Part shown: one piece after another, positions 50,201 to 61,845 of the stretch
Layout: each line of letters starts with the position of its first letter
Numbering within the stretch: position 1 is the first letter of the stretch
DNA from: Podarcis muralis
Taxonomy: Eukaryota
DNA length: 64,000 nucleotides
Direction of reading: 5' to 3'
NCBI RefSeq assembly: GCF_964188315.1
Contig: NC_135662.1
Coordinates: 42,532,001-42,596,000, forward strand
Translations under genes and position numbers: made by a program
Notes under the pieces: model-generated
Told to the model about the DNA's origin: nothing
Seen by the model: the letters and a program-made list of their open reading frames with translations, nothing else
Databases searched by the model: none

Positions 50201-51388
50201 TAAATAACCTTGCAATGTTATTTACATAAAAGAATGATAATGGGTCTTATAGGGGGAACATAGGCTGCTGGTGGGGGCTCCAGTGGGAGGCCAGAGGTAT
50301 GAACGATGGTCATGTCACTGGTATTTGAACAAGTCACTTAGCCATCTATGAGCTTCATTTATTCTTCCCGTATTAACATGGATAATCAACATTCCTTGTC
50401 TCACTAAGGCACCTGAATGGTATTGTTCCAGTGCTTGTTATGTCATGCATTGGGAACCCTTTTAAAAGTAGCAATTTCCTACACTCCAACTATTTTGGAT
50501 TGTTGTGGATAGTCCCTATATTCTGGTGGTTCTTGTCCCTGGTAAATCCCCCCCCCCCTCCCATCTAAAATGTCTCTCCTCTGATAATTGCACGAGTAAC
50601 ATCTTATCTAATTTGGCTCTTTGTCTAGAGCAGTCTGCACATAAATATACTAACCATACAAGAGTTTTACTGAGCCTATTTAATTCAATGGGACTCTTAC
50701 TCTTTGAGTTGGCTACAATCCTAGGCCCAAGGGAAAAAAGTCCCATTGACTTCAGTGTAACTTACTTTTGAGCTTTGATTGATTGATTGATTGTGCTTTG
50801 GCTTGGCACACCAGTCAAACATTGTCAGTTGATTGTAGCTATTTGATCATGGTCAAATATTGTAGGAGTGTTCTTGAGTCGACACTCTTGTATCCTTGTG
50901 TCTTCTAAATTTTGTTATAGTGTCATTTGTTGGCAAGGGCAGTGAGGTGGGAAGTTCATCCCCAACCCTGTAGGAGGCAGGAACAAACCTAGGAACACAG
51001 AAAAGCTTCTTGAACTGACTTCCTGAATGCAGTTCTTGGTATCAAAGATCACTGCTTAGCAAGAGAGGTGGGGGGATGGAACTGCCTGGAGGGGGATGCC
51101 TTGCTCTCCTGGCTTCTGAACACCATTTATGACTGCCAGTTATTGACAGGAAGACGGGAAAGGCAGCCAGGAGCTCAGCACTGTGTGGCACAGGAGAAGA
51201 GTGAATCTAATATGTCCGACACTGCTCCTATTTCACACCAACCTTCCCACTCCCTTGCCCCTTCCCATTTTAGTAAATGGCACTGGTGTGCACTGTTTTG
51301 AAACTGGGAGATCAAGGCAGCCTATTGTGTAGCACAGTGATATACATTTGGGTTATCAACTGGAACATGCATGGGCACTTGTTGAATA

Positions 51389-51655
51389 GGGCTGCATTCA
51401 CACAACACATTATCTGACTTTCCTAACATTTCCCTGTCAATTTCCACATTGTATTTGGGTTTTCACATGGCATAAACACCACTTCCAGAAAAATAGGGGA
51501 ATACAGCACAAGTTTACCACTGGTTTCCAAGTTCTTTGCAAACGGATTTTATTTCTGGAAGCAAATAACCTGGGAATGAGCACTCAACTTGTGCTACATC
51601 CTGCAAAAGTGGTGTTTACATCGTGTGAAAGCTGAAATATAATATGGAGATTAAT
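51389..51655. mobile_element. Long fold-back element (possibly PIF/Harbinger-type MITE)
   Basis: Arms TTTCACATGGCATAAACACCACTT...AGCACAAGTT and AACTTGTGCT...AAGTGGTGTTTACATCGTGTGAAA are imperfect inverted repeats; starts GGGCTGCATTCACAC. Confidence 0.6.
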
Positions 51656-51662
51656 GGGGGGG

Positions 51663-51665
<3 letters not shown>

Positions 51666-51708
<43 letters not shown>

Positions 51709-51724
51709 AAGAAAGAAAGAAAAT
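51666..51724. repeat. (GA)n followed by (GAAA)n
   Basis: Direct reading of sequence. Confidence 0.95.
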
Positions 51725-52271
51725 GAAATGAAATAAACTGCTCTGTAAATACAAAATTAATATGCCAGATTTGGTTTTTAATGTTGCTATGGTTTTGCTG
51801 TTTTATCTGTCCTGTGATTTGATGCCAGTGGCATTGTTGTTATGTTTTTATCTTGTTTTAATCTGCCCTTGATCTCTTGTTGATTAAGGGCAACTTAAAA
51901 TATTCTTAAATAAATAAATGCTGGAGTAGGAATAGGGCCAGAGAGACTCAGTTTCAAATGCTCACCCAGTCACGAAGCTCATTAGGTCACATACTCAGCT
52001 TGTCTGTCAGGATGAAATGGTGGGGTGAACTATGTACATCACCCCAAGCTCCCTGGGGGAAAAAAAAAGAAAAATAACAATGTAACAAAACAGAGATCTC
52101 ATTACAATTTTTAATACTAATGTCATTTCCCTCCACAATTGCAAGTATCGTTTTTTGAAAAAGCATGAGTATCAACACTATAAAACACAGTCTATTTTGA
52201 GATGTTCATAATGTTAGAACCATAGGGACAGAGGGAACTGTCACATTTGGGCCATCTAGCTCTCAGTATTT

Positions 52272-53043
52272 TGCGTGGTCAGACCCAGAGACCTTCCCCC
52301 TAAATTAAGACACATTTGACTCAAATTTTAGTTTTGGTTTTTGGCAGAAATTAGGCCACAACTTTATTGATTACAGAAAGTGAGTGGTTGCATAGGCTCT
52401 GGTTCGACTAGCTCCCTGCACCCTTGCAGGTAGCGCTGATCCAGAGCTCTATCATAGGTCAGCCAAGGGTGAATACCTGAAGTAGGCGGAAAGCCTGGGA
52501 ATGGACTATGTCCACTCCCTGGACCTGGATGCTCCCCTGGACTCGGGCATGGGCACCATCCCCTCTTGGGGGTTGACCAAACCAAGTTGAGTCCCTGGAT
52601 TCCTTTAACGGAATACCCTTCACATAGGGATGGCGACACCTTTCCCCCATCCCTATCACCTGAACCAGTGCCTATCTGCAACCTTACAAGTTGTGATGAT
52701 TTGCTACGCGGCAGGCAAAACCCAAATGGCAACTGCCAATCAGCCAAGTGGGGAAAATTCCTGCTGTGCCCCTGTCCCAACGACAGACGATGCATGATGG
52801 CATAGCAAGGTCAGTCGCAAAATACCCTAAATATAGGGAGAGGTGGGCAGGTGTTCCAATGCACGAGCCAAAAGAGGAAGCTCTGGGTCACGTGCATAGG
52901 CATATATAGGTCCCTTGATCCATTTAGACTGCACCCCATTGGCCAGATTAAATCCAGCAATGAGGGACCTACCCATCGGGTGCTGTGGCTTGTCCAATAT
53001 TCCCACCCACAACACAGGAGGTCAGTCTCTAGGTCTTACCGCA
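52272..53043 (-). mobile_element. Solo LTR-like element, family 1 copy F
   Basis: TG...CA ends with imperfect TIR TGCGTGGTCAGACC / GGTCTTACCGCA; on the minus strand CCAAT (~52938), TATATA (~52903), all family motifs and AATAAA (52363-52368). No TSD seen. Confidence 0.8.
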
Positions 53044-53119
53044 AAACGTGCCCTCTTTGAGGGAGGACACACTTTCTACACTGTATGGCATCAGCTCCCA
53101 GAGTTGTAAAGAGGAAAGT

Positions 53120-53212
53120 TGCATTACCCAGTCCTACCTGATTACTTCAGATATAGAACCTGGGACCTTCCGCATGTAAACATGTGCTCTGCTCCTGAGG
53201 TATAGCTGCTTC
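53120..53212 (-). mobile_element. Degenerate tRNA-derived SINE head
   Basis: Minus strand ATACCTCAGGAGCAGAGCACATGTTTACATGCGGAAGGTCCCAGGTTC; a further A-box-only fragment at ~15660-15690. Confidence 0.6.
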
Positions 53213-54624
53213 TCATGACAACTTGCTTTAATGATATTCAACAATTAATTCAGAGCATTTGATCATAATTCAACCAAATATTTTTGGCTGGGTAGAGGTC
53301 TAGGCCTAATTGCACCACGCAACCATCCTCAATAACCACACCTACAGTTCCTGGAATTCATTGCTCAAGTAATTGCAAAAAGGTGGGGAAGGGGCTTTAA
53401 TAAGATTCACAAATTCTACCCTTGACTCCTCCAAGTCCAGTCACATATTCTTTCTAAAAATGATAGTTAAAGGGGGCTTCCTGTAAATTGAGCAGTATTT
53501 GGATTGCTGGATGCTTTGGTGGGGATGTTCATGTCAAAGAATGTGTTAGCTGCACCCCAGCAGATGATACAACTTATGTCCCCACCCTCCTGCACCCTCA
53601 CACAGCTTTTTGTTGATGTTGCTGTCGGCATGATTCTGCATGAAGGCCTTCTACAAGTGCACATCAATATGTGGCAGATGCCAGTCAAGAGAAAAGTGTT
53701 TCTGCCACATGTGACTGTGATGGGGCCATTGGGATCAGGATTAGTCCACTTGGTGCCATCAACAGTTGTGCATTTTTTCAGTGTGGAGGCAGGGTGTTCG
53801 TATGTTGAAACGTACCACGTCCTTTTCCACCACGTTCTTTTTCATCACAGGATTTATGCAACTAAAAACAATCTTGATACTATCAGGAAAAGGGAAACGG
53901 ATTCTGCATTGCATTCTAGTGCAGCCTGACTGTACTGAAAGGGAATTGCATTAAGGTATCTTTATTTAATTCTTTTATTTATTCTCCACAGTGTCCTGGG
54001 TTATGATGAACTATTTTGTATCCATTTAATGTGGATACAACACATTAAATTTAGAAAAGATGCCCACTGCAAGCTCCTGTCTTAATATGAGACCTTCGTT
54101 ATGAGCTTAACCCATTTGGTAAATGTAACTGATGTTAAACCTATGAAAGATAGCAAACAATGGAAAGTAAGACATTGTATATCAGTTTATTATATCACAG
54201 AATTCAGTCTGTAACAAATTCTCTAAACCACACAATCTTTCAGCTTTGCAATCCTTCATATTCATCTCTGTTGCTATTTTATGACTTACTGAGCACTTCA
54301 AATTCCTCTATGTCCTGCAATACTTTTTTTATATAGAAGAACAGATTACTGAAGGGCTTTATCACTAACCAAATCAAATTCAAAAGCTGAGTTATCATTC
54401 CCACAAGTTAGCAAGTTGCTCTTCCGTAGTTTAGAGACATTTATTTCATTTTTCGAGGATTGCACCCTCCCCAGTCACTTTTCAATTATATCAAGTTCTG
54501 AAGGACTGAAAATGTCCACTTATGAATGAAATGGAAATTTTAATCAGACATCTTTTTCTTCCCTTAAAGAGCTTGAATTAAGTGGCACGTTGCTTTTGAA
54601 AATATTGATGGTGCTCTTACTTTT

Positions 54625-54668
54625 AATAATAATAATAATAATAATTAATAATAATAATAATAATAATA
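54625..54668. repeat. (TAA)n microsatellite
   Basis: Direct reading; lies just outside the RTE-X TSD. Confidence 0.95.
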
Positions 54669-54681
54669 CTTGGCCATTTTA

Positions 54682-56731
54682 CATCAACAACAACAACAAG
54701 TTTATTAAATTTGTGAGGTCCATGCCTTTACACAAAATACCATAAAACATTATTAAAAGGTAAACAATAAAATTATAAAAGTAAGCTAAAATTCATGCCT
54801 TGCTGTCCCAGCAAGGAAACTACCCAAAAAACCCCCCCACCATTCAGGAAAGAAGATACAGCAACAGGTTAGGAGAGCAATGGGAGGGACCTCACCGTTT
54901 CATCCAGGAACCATACCCTAGTTTTCATAGCCTTCACCACAAAGACCGCTACCACGTGAGAAATCCGTGGATCAGCGTCCACCAGTAAAAACTTTACCTG
55001 GTCCTCAGAATTGACTATTGATTTGGGGATAGTTTGTAACATCGCATCCCTGAAGGCCGAATAGATGGGACAATACAACATGTAATGTGTGAGATCCTCT
55101 TTGGTTCTCATATGACAAGGACATATACGCTGCTCTACTGGGATTTTTGCATATCTGCCTGACAGATAGGCCGTAGGAATGGTATGAAAACGGGCCATGG
55201 TGAAGGCTCTCTGAAGGGTGGGATTGGTGATATTCGCCAAGTAATTGGCGCAGGTTTTGACTGTTTTCAGTCGGGGAAACCAGTGGGAGGACCCTGGGTT
55301 CTGTATTTTTGTGATATCTAACAGAGCGTCTCTCTCCAGGATCCATTCCCGAACTTTGTCCGGGCTCCACAGTTTGAGGATATTAAACTCCGGTAGGGTG
55401 TATCTAACCAGGATCTCAGATAGGTTTTGACGCCAAGTGGTGTTCTTTTGAAGAGATACAAAGGCTTGTTTGGCCAATAAGGTGTTTGAAGTGTTTGCAA
55501 GGTTGATATAAAATCGTAGGAATCTTAAGTGGGCCCTGGCAGACACAGAGGGTAATCCAACCTCCACCCTCAAGAAAGCTGCTGGGGTTCCTTGAGGAAG
55601 GCCTAGCATCCTCTTGAGATAATAATTTTGCAAAATTTCAAGCTGTTCCAACAGCCTCTGGTTCCACCCCCAGAGTTCTATCCCATATAACATCTGAGGA
55701 ATAGCTTTCCCAACAAAAGCTCTTAATGCTGGGATCACCAATTGTCCTCCCCGGGTATGGAAGAAACTAAGCAGGACACCAATTGTTCTTCGTGTTAGGA
55801 TGGTTACAGCCTTAAAGTGGGCTAGCCAACTAGATGTAGCCTGGAATGTAACACCCAGATATTTAAAAAAAGGGCACTGTTCAATCACATGTTCGTCTAA
55901 AGACCATCTAAAGGTGTGGCGAGCTCTAGTGAACACCACAATTTTTGTTTTGTCATAGTTTATCTTTAGTGAGTTATGGGAACAGTAGGCTGCGATCCCC
56001 TCCAGCATGCTGCGTAAGCCTCTTTGGGTGAGTGCCATTAAAGCCATGTCATCGGCATATAGCAATATATTCAGACGTTTACCTTCAAGGGCTGGAGCCG
56101 ATGACTTGTACTTTGCCATGTACTGAACAATGTCGTTTATATAAAAGTTAAAAAGGAATGGGGCTAGCAGGCATCCCTGTTTGACCCCTTTCCCCAATGG
56201 AAGTGGGTCCGTAAGAGTTCCCGATGGCCCAGTTCTAATTTTGACTGTAATATCTGTGTGTAACTCTCTGAGAATTTTTAAAAGTCGTCTATCAATGTCC
56301 GTTTCATATAATTTTTTCCATAGTCTATCTCTACAGATTGAGTCAAAGGCAGATGTCAAGTCAACAAAGGCCACAAAGAGTCTGCTCTTATACGCTTTTG
56401 CATATTTAGCTACCAGGGTCTGTAGTACCATACAGTGACCTATCGTATTGTGGCCCTTTCTAAATCCTGCCTGTTCCTGGTTGAACAGGTTAGAATGGTC
56501 CGCCCAATCTACCAGCTTGTTTAATAAGTACCGGGTATAAAATTTGTATGCGATGTCCAGAAGGCTTACAGGGCGGTAGTTTGCTGGATCTTGAATATCT
56601 CCCTTTTTGTAGATAGGGGCTACCACACTTAGTTTCCAGTTTGCTGGGATTTTGCATGTGTTATTTATTGCCGTAAAAAGTTTGGCCAAAAAGATGGCCC
56701 ACCATTGGGCATTTGATTTAAAAACCTCACA
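54682..56731 (-). mobile_element. 5'-truncated non-LTR retrotransposon, RTE-X-like clade
   Basis: 11-bp TSD TGGCCATTTTA at 54671-54681 and 56732-56742; 3' UTR with AATAAA and a (TTG)n tail; uninterrupted RT ORF. Confidence 0.88.
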
Positions 56732-56746
56732 TGGCCATTTTAGCAT
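54869..56746 (-). CDS. LINE ORF2 reverse transcriptase plus C-terminal CCHC region (5'-truncated, no endonuclease; first residues come from flank/TSD)
   Basis: PIYKKGD..DPANYRPVSLL, QAGFR, FVDLTSAFDS, GVKQGCLLAPFLF, LLYADD, KYLG, RICPC...EDLTHYMLYCP; 625 codons with no stop. Clade assignment is from recalled motifs. Confidence 0.9.
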   Translation of the reverse strand: MLKWPCEVFKSNAQWWAIFLAKLFTAINNTCKIPANWKLSVVAPIYKKGDIQDPANYRPVSLLDIAYKFYTRYLLNKLVDWADHSNLFNQEQAGFRKGHNTIGHCMVLQTLVAKYAKAYKSRLFVAFVDLTSAFDSICRDRLWKKLYETDIDRRLLKILRELHTDITVKIRTGPSGTLTDPLPLGKGVKQGCLLAPFLFNFYINDIVQYMAKYKSSAPALEGKRLNILLYADDMALMALTQRGLRSMLEGIAAYCSHNSLKINYDKTKIVVFTRARHTFRWSLDEHVIEQCPFFKYLGVTFQATSSWLAHFKAVTILTRRTIGVLLSFFHTRGGQLVIPALRAFVGKAIPQMLYGIELWGWNQRLLEQLEILQNYYLKRMLGLPQGTPAAFLRVEVGLPSVSARAHLRFLRFYINLANTSNTLLAKQAFVSLQKNTTWRQNLSEILVRYTLPEFNILKLWSPDKVREWILERDALLDITKIQNPGSSHWFPRLKTVKTCANYLANITNPTLQRAFTMARFHTIPTAYLSGRYAKIPVEQRICPCHMRTKEDLTHYMLYCPIYSAFRDAMLQTIPKSIVNSEDQVKFLLVDADPRISHVVAVFVVKAMKTRVWFLDETVRSLPLLS

Positions 56747-57074
56747 AATGTCACTTTGACATGAAAAGATAATAGACGTTCTGAAATTTTAAAAGGATGA
56801 TTTGAGCAGTTTCTTATACTTTTGACAACCAGTGATCTGATCTTACTCATTCTCATCATAATTTTCTTATGTCATGTTTACTTATGTCATGTCTGATTCA
56901 GGAAGTTTGTTTACTTCCTTTTTTTTTTAACAACAGTTGCCTTCCAAGAAACTTACAAGGTGGGTCAGTAGTATTGCTTCCATTTTACAGATTAATGTTG
57001 AGGCTGAAAAGTAATGAACATAGGAAGCGCCTTATACTGTCTAATACCTTTGGTCCTTCTATTTGAGCACTGTC

Positions 57075-57250
57075 TGACATTTGTCTGATGAAAATAGGAA
57101 TGTCCTATTCCATACCCTTCAACATTTCTCTGATGAAAACAGGGACGTCCTAAGAAAAAGTGGGACATTCCAGGATCATATCAGAAACTGAGACTGCTTC
57201 TGTAAATTCAGGGCTGTCCCTGGAAAAAATAGGGGCACTTGGAGGGTCCT
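57075..57250 (+). mobile_element. CATACCCTCCAA-type MITE, shorter variant without the L2 insert
   Basis: Partial left unit (ACATTTGTCTGATGAAAATAGGAATGTCC), then CATACCCTTCAACATTTC...CACTTGGAGGGTCC. Confidence 0.7.
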
Positions 57251-58407
57251 TGCCATGAGACTTCTTTTTGCTATGCATATTAAGATCCCTGTAGCACAGT
57301 ACCTTCACCCTGCTTGCATGAACTTTGCTCTAAAATGAAGACTTTTCTTCTTTTCTTTTCTAGAAGCAGGTTGCAAAATAATTCTCATTAGGCTCATGTG
57401 GAAAATAAAGAATTAAAAAAGATTGGCACCTTGCAGTTTGTGTGCAAAGGCAGTTATAATGAGAGGTAATTTTGTCTAGCTAACTGATGTCTGCATTCTA
57501 GCTGGAAACGAAGCCACTTAGTTCGGAAAAGTAGCAGCCATCAATTATTGATGTATAAATAGTCCAAAGACTTTAGGGGATGGATATATATACGAAATAT
57601 ATATATATACGAAAGCAAATATATATATATATATATATATGATTATTTCCCATTCATTAGCATTAGCCAGAAGTCATTAATTTTAATATGTATTTGGGTG
57701 ATCATATTTAAATTGTAAATAATTCTACAGGCTCCCATTTTTTTCAGCTGTATTTTTAGCATATTTATGAGACTGTTTCATAACAAGATGCAGCAGGAGA
57801 CACATTGCTGAGGGTATCTTCACATTCTATAAACTTTGCTCTCATATTGCTGAAGGCTTCTCTGGTTGCACTTTAGCACCAAGTAGCATGGCATGAAGCC
57901 CCCGTGAAAAATTAAACAACTGCATATTGAAGATGTTTTATCTCAATATGCTCTCCTGCAGATACCTTTAGGACAATTCATTTGCAGACCAACACGGACA
58001 AGTATTAAAGCAACAGTAGTAACATAAACAATAACAGTCATAATTAATTTTCAGCAGTAGATTATGCCATCATATTTCCTGTAGAGTATTTATGATCACA
58101 CTGTGTGATTTCAGGACAGCTTGGTACAGGGTGTCCAGCTTCCCCTCCCCACCATCACTGAGCAGGAATTTGTGTCTTTAGCAGCTGCAAGAGATTTGGC
58201 GGGCAGCTGCTCCAGCACCCGGAGCGGTGGGGACGGGGCGAGCCACTCAGGGGGGGCCATGGTGATCTGCGCATGGGGGCCGCAGCAGCGATCCGTGCAT
58301 GGGGACACCGAATGGGGGATTTGGCGGTGAGCTGCCCACATGGTCTGCCTGGCAGACGCAAGCCACACACTGCTGTTTCAGGCAGCGCAGGGTCCTGAGA
58401 CACCATG

Positions 58408-59856
58408 TCACTCCCAGGAGAGTGTAGATTTAAAGGAGAGGTAGAGCTGGGTGTCATCTGCATACTGATGAACACCCAGCCCAAACCCCCTGATGATCTC
58501 TCCCAGCGGCTTCATATAGATATTAAAAAGCATGGGGGAGAGGACGGAACCCTGAGGCACCCCACAAGTGAGAGCCCAGGGGTCTGAACACTCATCCCCC
58601 ACCACCACTTTCTGGACACGGCCCAGGAGAAAGGAGCGGAACCACCGTATAACAGTGCCCCCAGCTCCCAGCCCCTCTAGACGGTCCAGAAGGATGTTAT
58701 GGTCGATGGTGTCAAAGGCCGCTGAGAGATCCAGCAGAACTAGGAAACAGCTCTCACCTTTGTCCCTAGCCCGCCGGAGATCATCAACCAGCGCGACCAA
58801 GGCAGTTTCAGTCCCATGGTGAGGCCTGAATCCCGATTGGAAGGGATCCAAATGGTCCGCATCCTCCAGGCGTGCTTGGAGTTGTCTGGCAACCACCCGC
58901 TCAATCACCTTGCCCAAGAATGGTAAATTTGAGACTGGGCGATAGTTGGCCAAATTGGCTGGGTCTAAAGATGTTTTTTTAAGAAGCGGTTTAATGACCG
59001 CCTCTTTCAGCGGGTCTGGGAAGGCTCCCTCATAGAGGGAAGCATTCACCACCCCGCAGAGCCCATCGCCCAGCCCTTCCCGGCTCGCTTTTATCAGCCA
59101 GGATGGGCAAGGATCCAGGAGACAGGTGGTCGGTTTCACTTGTCCAAGCAGCCTGTCCACATCCTCGGAGGTAACAGATTGGAATTGATCCCATGTAACA
59201 GGACCAGACAGAACTCTAGCACTCTCCCACCCTGGCCCTGCTCCCACGGTGGAGTCTACCTCCTTCTGAATCTGAGCGACTTTATCTGCAAAAAACTTTG
59301 CAAAAGCATTGCAGGAGATCTTGGGGTCCCTACCAGGCCCCGGTGGTGCAGGTGGTTCCGATAGATTGCGAACTACCTGATAAAGTCTCCTGCTGCTGTT
59401 TTCTGCAGATGCAATGGAGGCGGTGAAGAAGGCCCTCTTCGCCGTTGCCATTGCCACTTGGTAGGCTCGACGTTGAGCTCTAGCCCGTGTCCGGTCTGAT
59501 TCAGAATGAGTTTTCCGCCACCGGCGCTCTAGCCGTCTCAACGATTGTTTCATCACCCTCAGCTCCGGGGAAAACCACGGGGCTGTCCGGGCTCCATGCA
59601 ATCGGAGAGGGCGCTTCGGAGCCAGACAGTCAATAGCCCTGGTTAACTCCGCATTCCAGCGGGCCACCAGGGAATCAGCTGAAAGGCCATCAACTTGGGA
59701 TAAAACATCCCCTACCACTCTCTGGAAACCAATTGGATCCATTAAGTGGCGGGGGCGGACCATCCGAATCGGTCCCACCTCCCTGCAGAGGGGAAGGGTC
59801 GCGGAGAAGTCCAGTTGCACCAGGAAGTGATCTGACCATGGCACTTCCATTGTCAA
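58408..59856 (-). pseudogene. L2 LINE ORF2 fragment (end of endonuclease through RT YADD), truncated at both ends
   Basis: WSDHFLV, APWF, PLLKK..LDPANLANYRPVSNLPFLGKVIE, QSGFRPHHGTETAL, LDLSAAFDTIDH, GVPQGSVLSPMLF, HQYADDTQLY; similarity stops at ~58425. Confidence 0.92.
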
Positions 59857-60120
59857 ACAGCTCTTACTGGCAGAAAGTTATTCCTAGTGTTTAGCTAGGA
59901 ATAAACTTGAATAAACTTGTAACTTGAAGCCATTAGTTTGGGTCCCGCCCCCCAGAGAAAGAGAAAATAAGATTACTCCATCTTCAGTGTGACAGCCCTT
60001 GAAATACCTGAAGACTACTATCATAGCTCTTCTCAGTCTCCTCTTTTCCAGGCTAAACATACCCAGCTCCCTCAACTGTTCTTCATAGGGCTTGGTTTCC
60101 AGACTTTTGATCATCTTTAT
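59846..60120 (-). mobile_element. CR1 LINE ORF2 C-terminal fragment
   Basis: KSLETKPYEEQLRELGMFSLEKRRLR...FKGCH...TNGFKLQ, then AGGAATAACTTTCTGCCAGTAAGAGCTGTT. Confidence 0.88.
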
Positions 60121-61293
60121 CATCTAAAGAGATTTGTTTCATTTGAGTAGGTCAGCTATACATTAGACCCCCACATACAATTCTGTGCCCCTGGGGAATC
60201 TTTCTTATGGCTTGATATTGAGCCAGTCTTCATTTGTGCAATCTCCTTTCCTATCTTCTGGTACAGGTGGACAAATAAGGGAAGTCAGGATGTAACAATC
60301 CTTGTCCTGGTTTTTTGACATTTTCTTCACTGACATTTCCCCACCCATCTGCAAAGAGGAATATTCTGACCCTCACAAGAACTCTCTGAGGTAAGTTAGC
60401 ACAATCTAAGACTTGAACATGTCTTTTGGCAGAACATCTGTAATGGCGAGGAAATGCATGAACAGCTGCCAACAAAGGTGGGACCAGCAGTTGTCATGAA
60501 CGGCACCTCCATAGAACTCATCCCTACTTATGAGGCTAACTTCAAAACTTCAAAACCCCACAGTCTCTGACCTTTCCATCCCAAATATCCCCTGATAACC
60601 TTGGCTTCTATTCATTCTAGTATGGCATGGATTTCTCTACGCAGCTGAAAGAGGGGAAGGAATATTTATATATTAATTTGAGGATGCTTTGCTTTTATGT
60701 GCTGTTGAAGTTTCCATTCAAAATATTTACAGAGATGCAGTGGCATAAACAGAAATGCCCCCCATACCTTGAGGCTTTACAGATAATCAAATGCTCCTTC
60801 AATACAAAGTTCTGCTCCTAGGAAAAAAAGCATTAATATTACATGTAGAGCTTACAGATACAATTTACATCAAAGTACCTCACATCCTGCAAGGAGTCTT
60901 AGATGGCAGAAGGTCTGAAGTAAATATATGTTGGAAACTTATCTCCAATAATAATCATTTCAAAGAAATAACCTGCTTATGAATGCAGCTTTGTGTGGCA
61001 GTGTTTGGTATTCAGCAAGCAGGTTCACTGTCACCCTTGCCAATGCTGACTGATAAACATTCAAAGAAGCCTAGAAGAATATTGACAAACCCTCAACTTG
61101 TGTATGTATTAAAGATAAGGATGCCAAAATTATATTTGCTTATACTCTTGCAGCTTGAGCTACGACACAGTTAAGTATCTGGATTTTAGCCGATACTCTG
61201 CCATTGGTTTCACTTTCAACAGATCAAGAGTAGGGTAATGGCCAAGAGACAGGGGGTCAAAACTTGCCATGGCCATGGCCTACCATTGGTGGC

Positions 61294-61768
61294 TGTGGTG
61301 ATCACACAGGGTCCCTGGACGTTTAACGGTCTATTGATCCCTGTGCCACCACTGTGCTCGCTTTCCCGCTGCCACCAACCTGCTACTCTCGGGTACACAC
61401 TGAGTCCAGACAGTTGTTAAAATTGAACCAAATAAACAAGTTTATTTTATAAGTATTAACAAGTTCATGGTTTCTCAGATAATATTCTTGTCAGTTTCTT
61501 AACTTTAGTTTCTTTACCAGCCTATACCTTCCTAATACCTTCTGACTGATTATCTCAACTGTTTGACTGACTCTTCTTAACAGATTCTCTCACTCTCTCA
61601 CATCAGACTAGCCCAGCCCACAGACTTATCCTCTCTGTCTCTTTTCTAACTCCAGACTGACTTCTTAACAACTCTAACTCTAACTCTAACTCCTCCCCTT
61701 GGGTTCCCATTGGTTAGTCATTTTACAATTAGTTAACCCTTTCCTTATGAACCCAGTATGCTGTCACA
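61294..61768 (-). mobile_element. Solo LTR, a third family (Gypsy/ERV-like)
   Basis: Minus strand starts TGTGACAGC; CCAAT (ATTGG ~61708), AG-rich tract, AATAAA (~61442), ends ...ATCACCACA; TSD not seen. Confidence 0.55.
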
Positions 61769-61845
61769 CACCTAGGAGGGCAAACGCCACAGTGGCCTTG
61801 GACAAACCAGCATCTAGTAGCCTCCTTACATTTGCAACAAGGGAA

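Noticed and set aside
14800-52370. Recurring CAATAAAGTTGTGGCC as CRISPR-like or satellite repeats
   Set aside because: Copies are kilobases apart, on both strands, and embedded in longer homologous elements.
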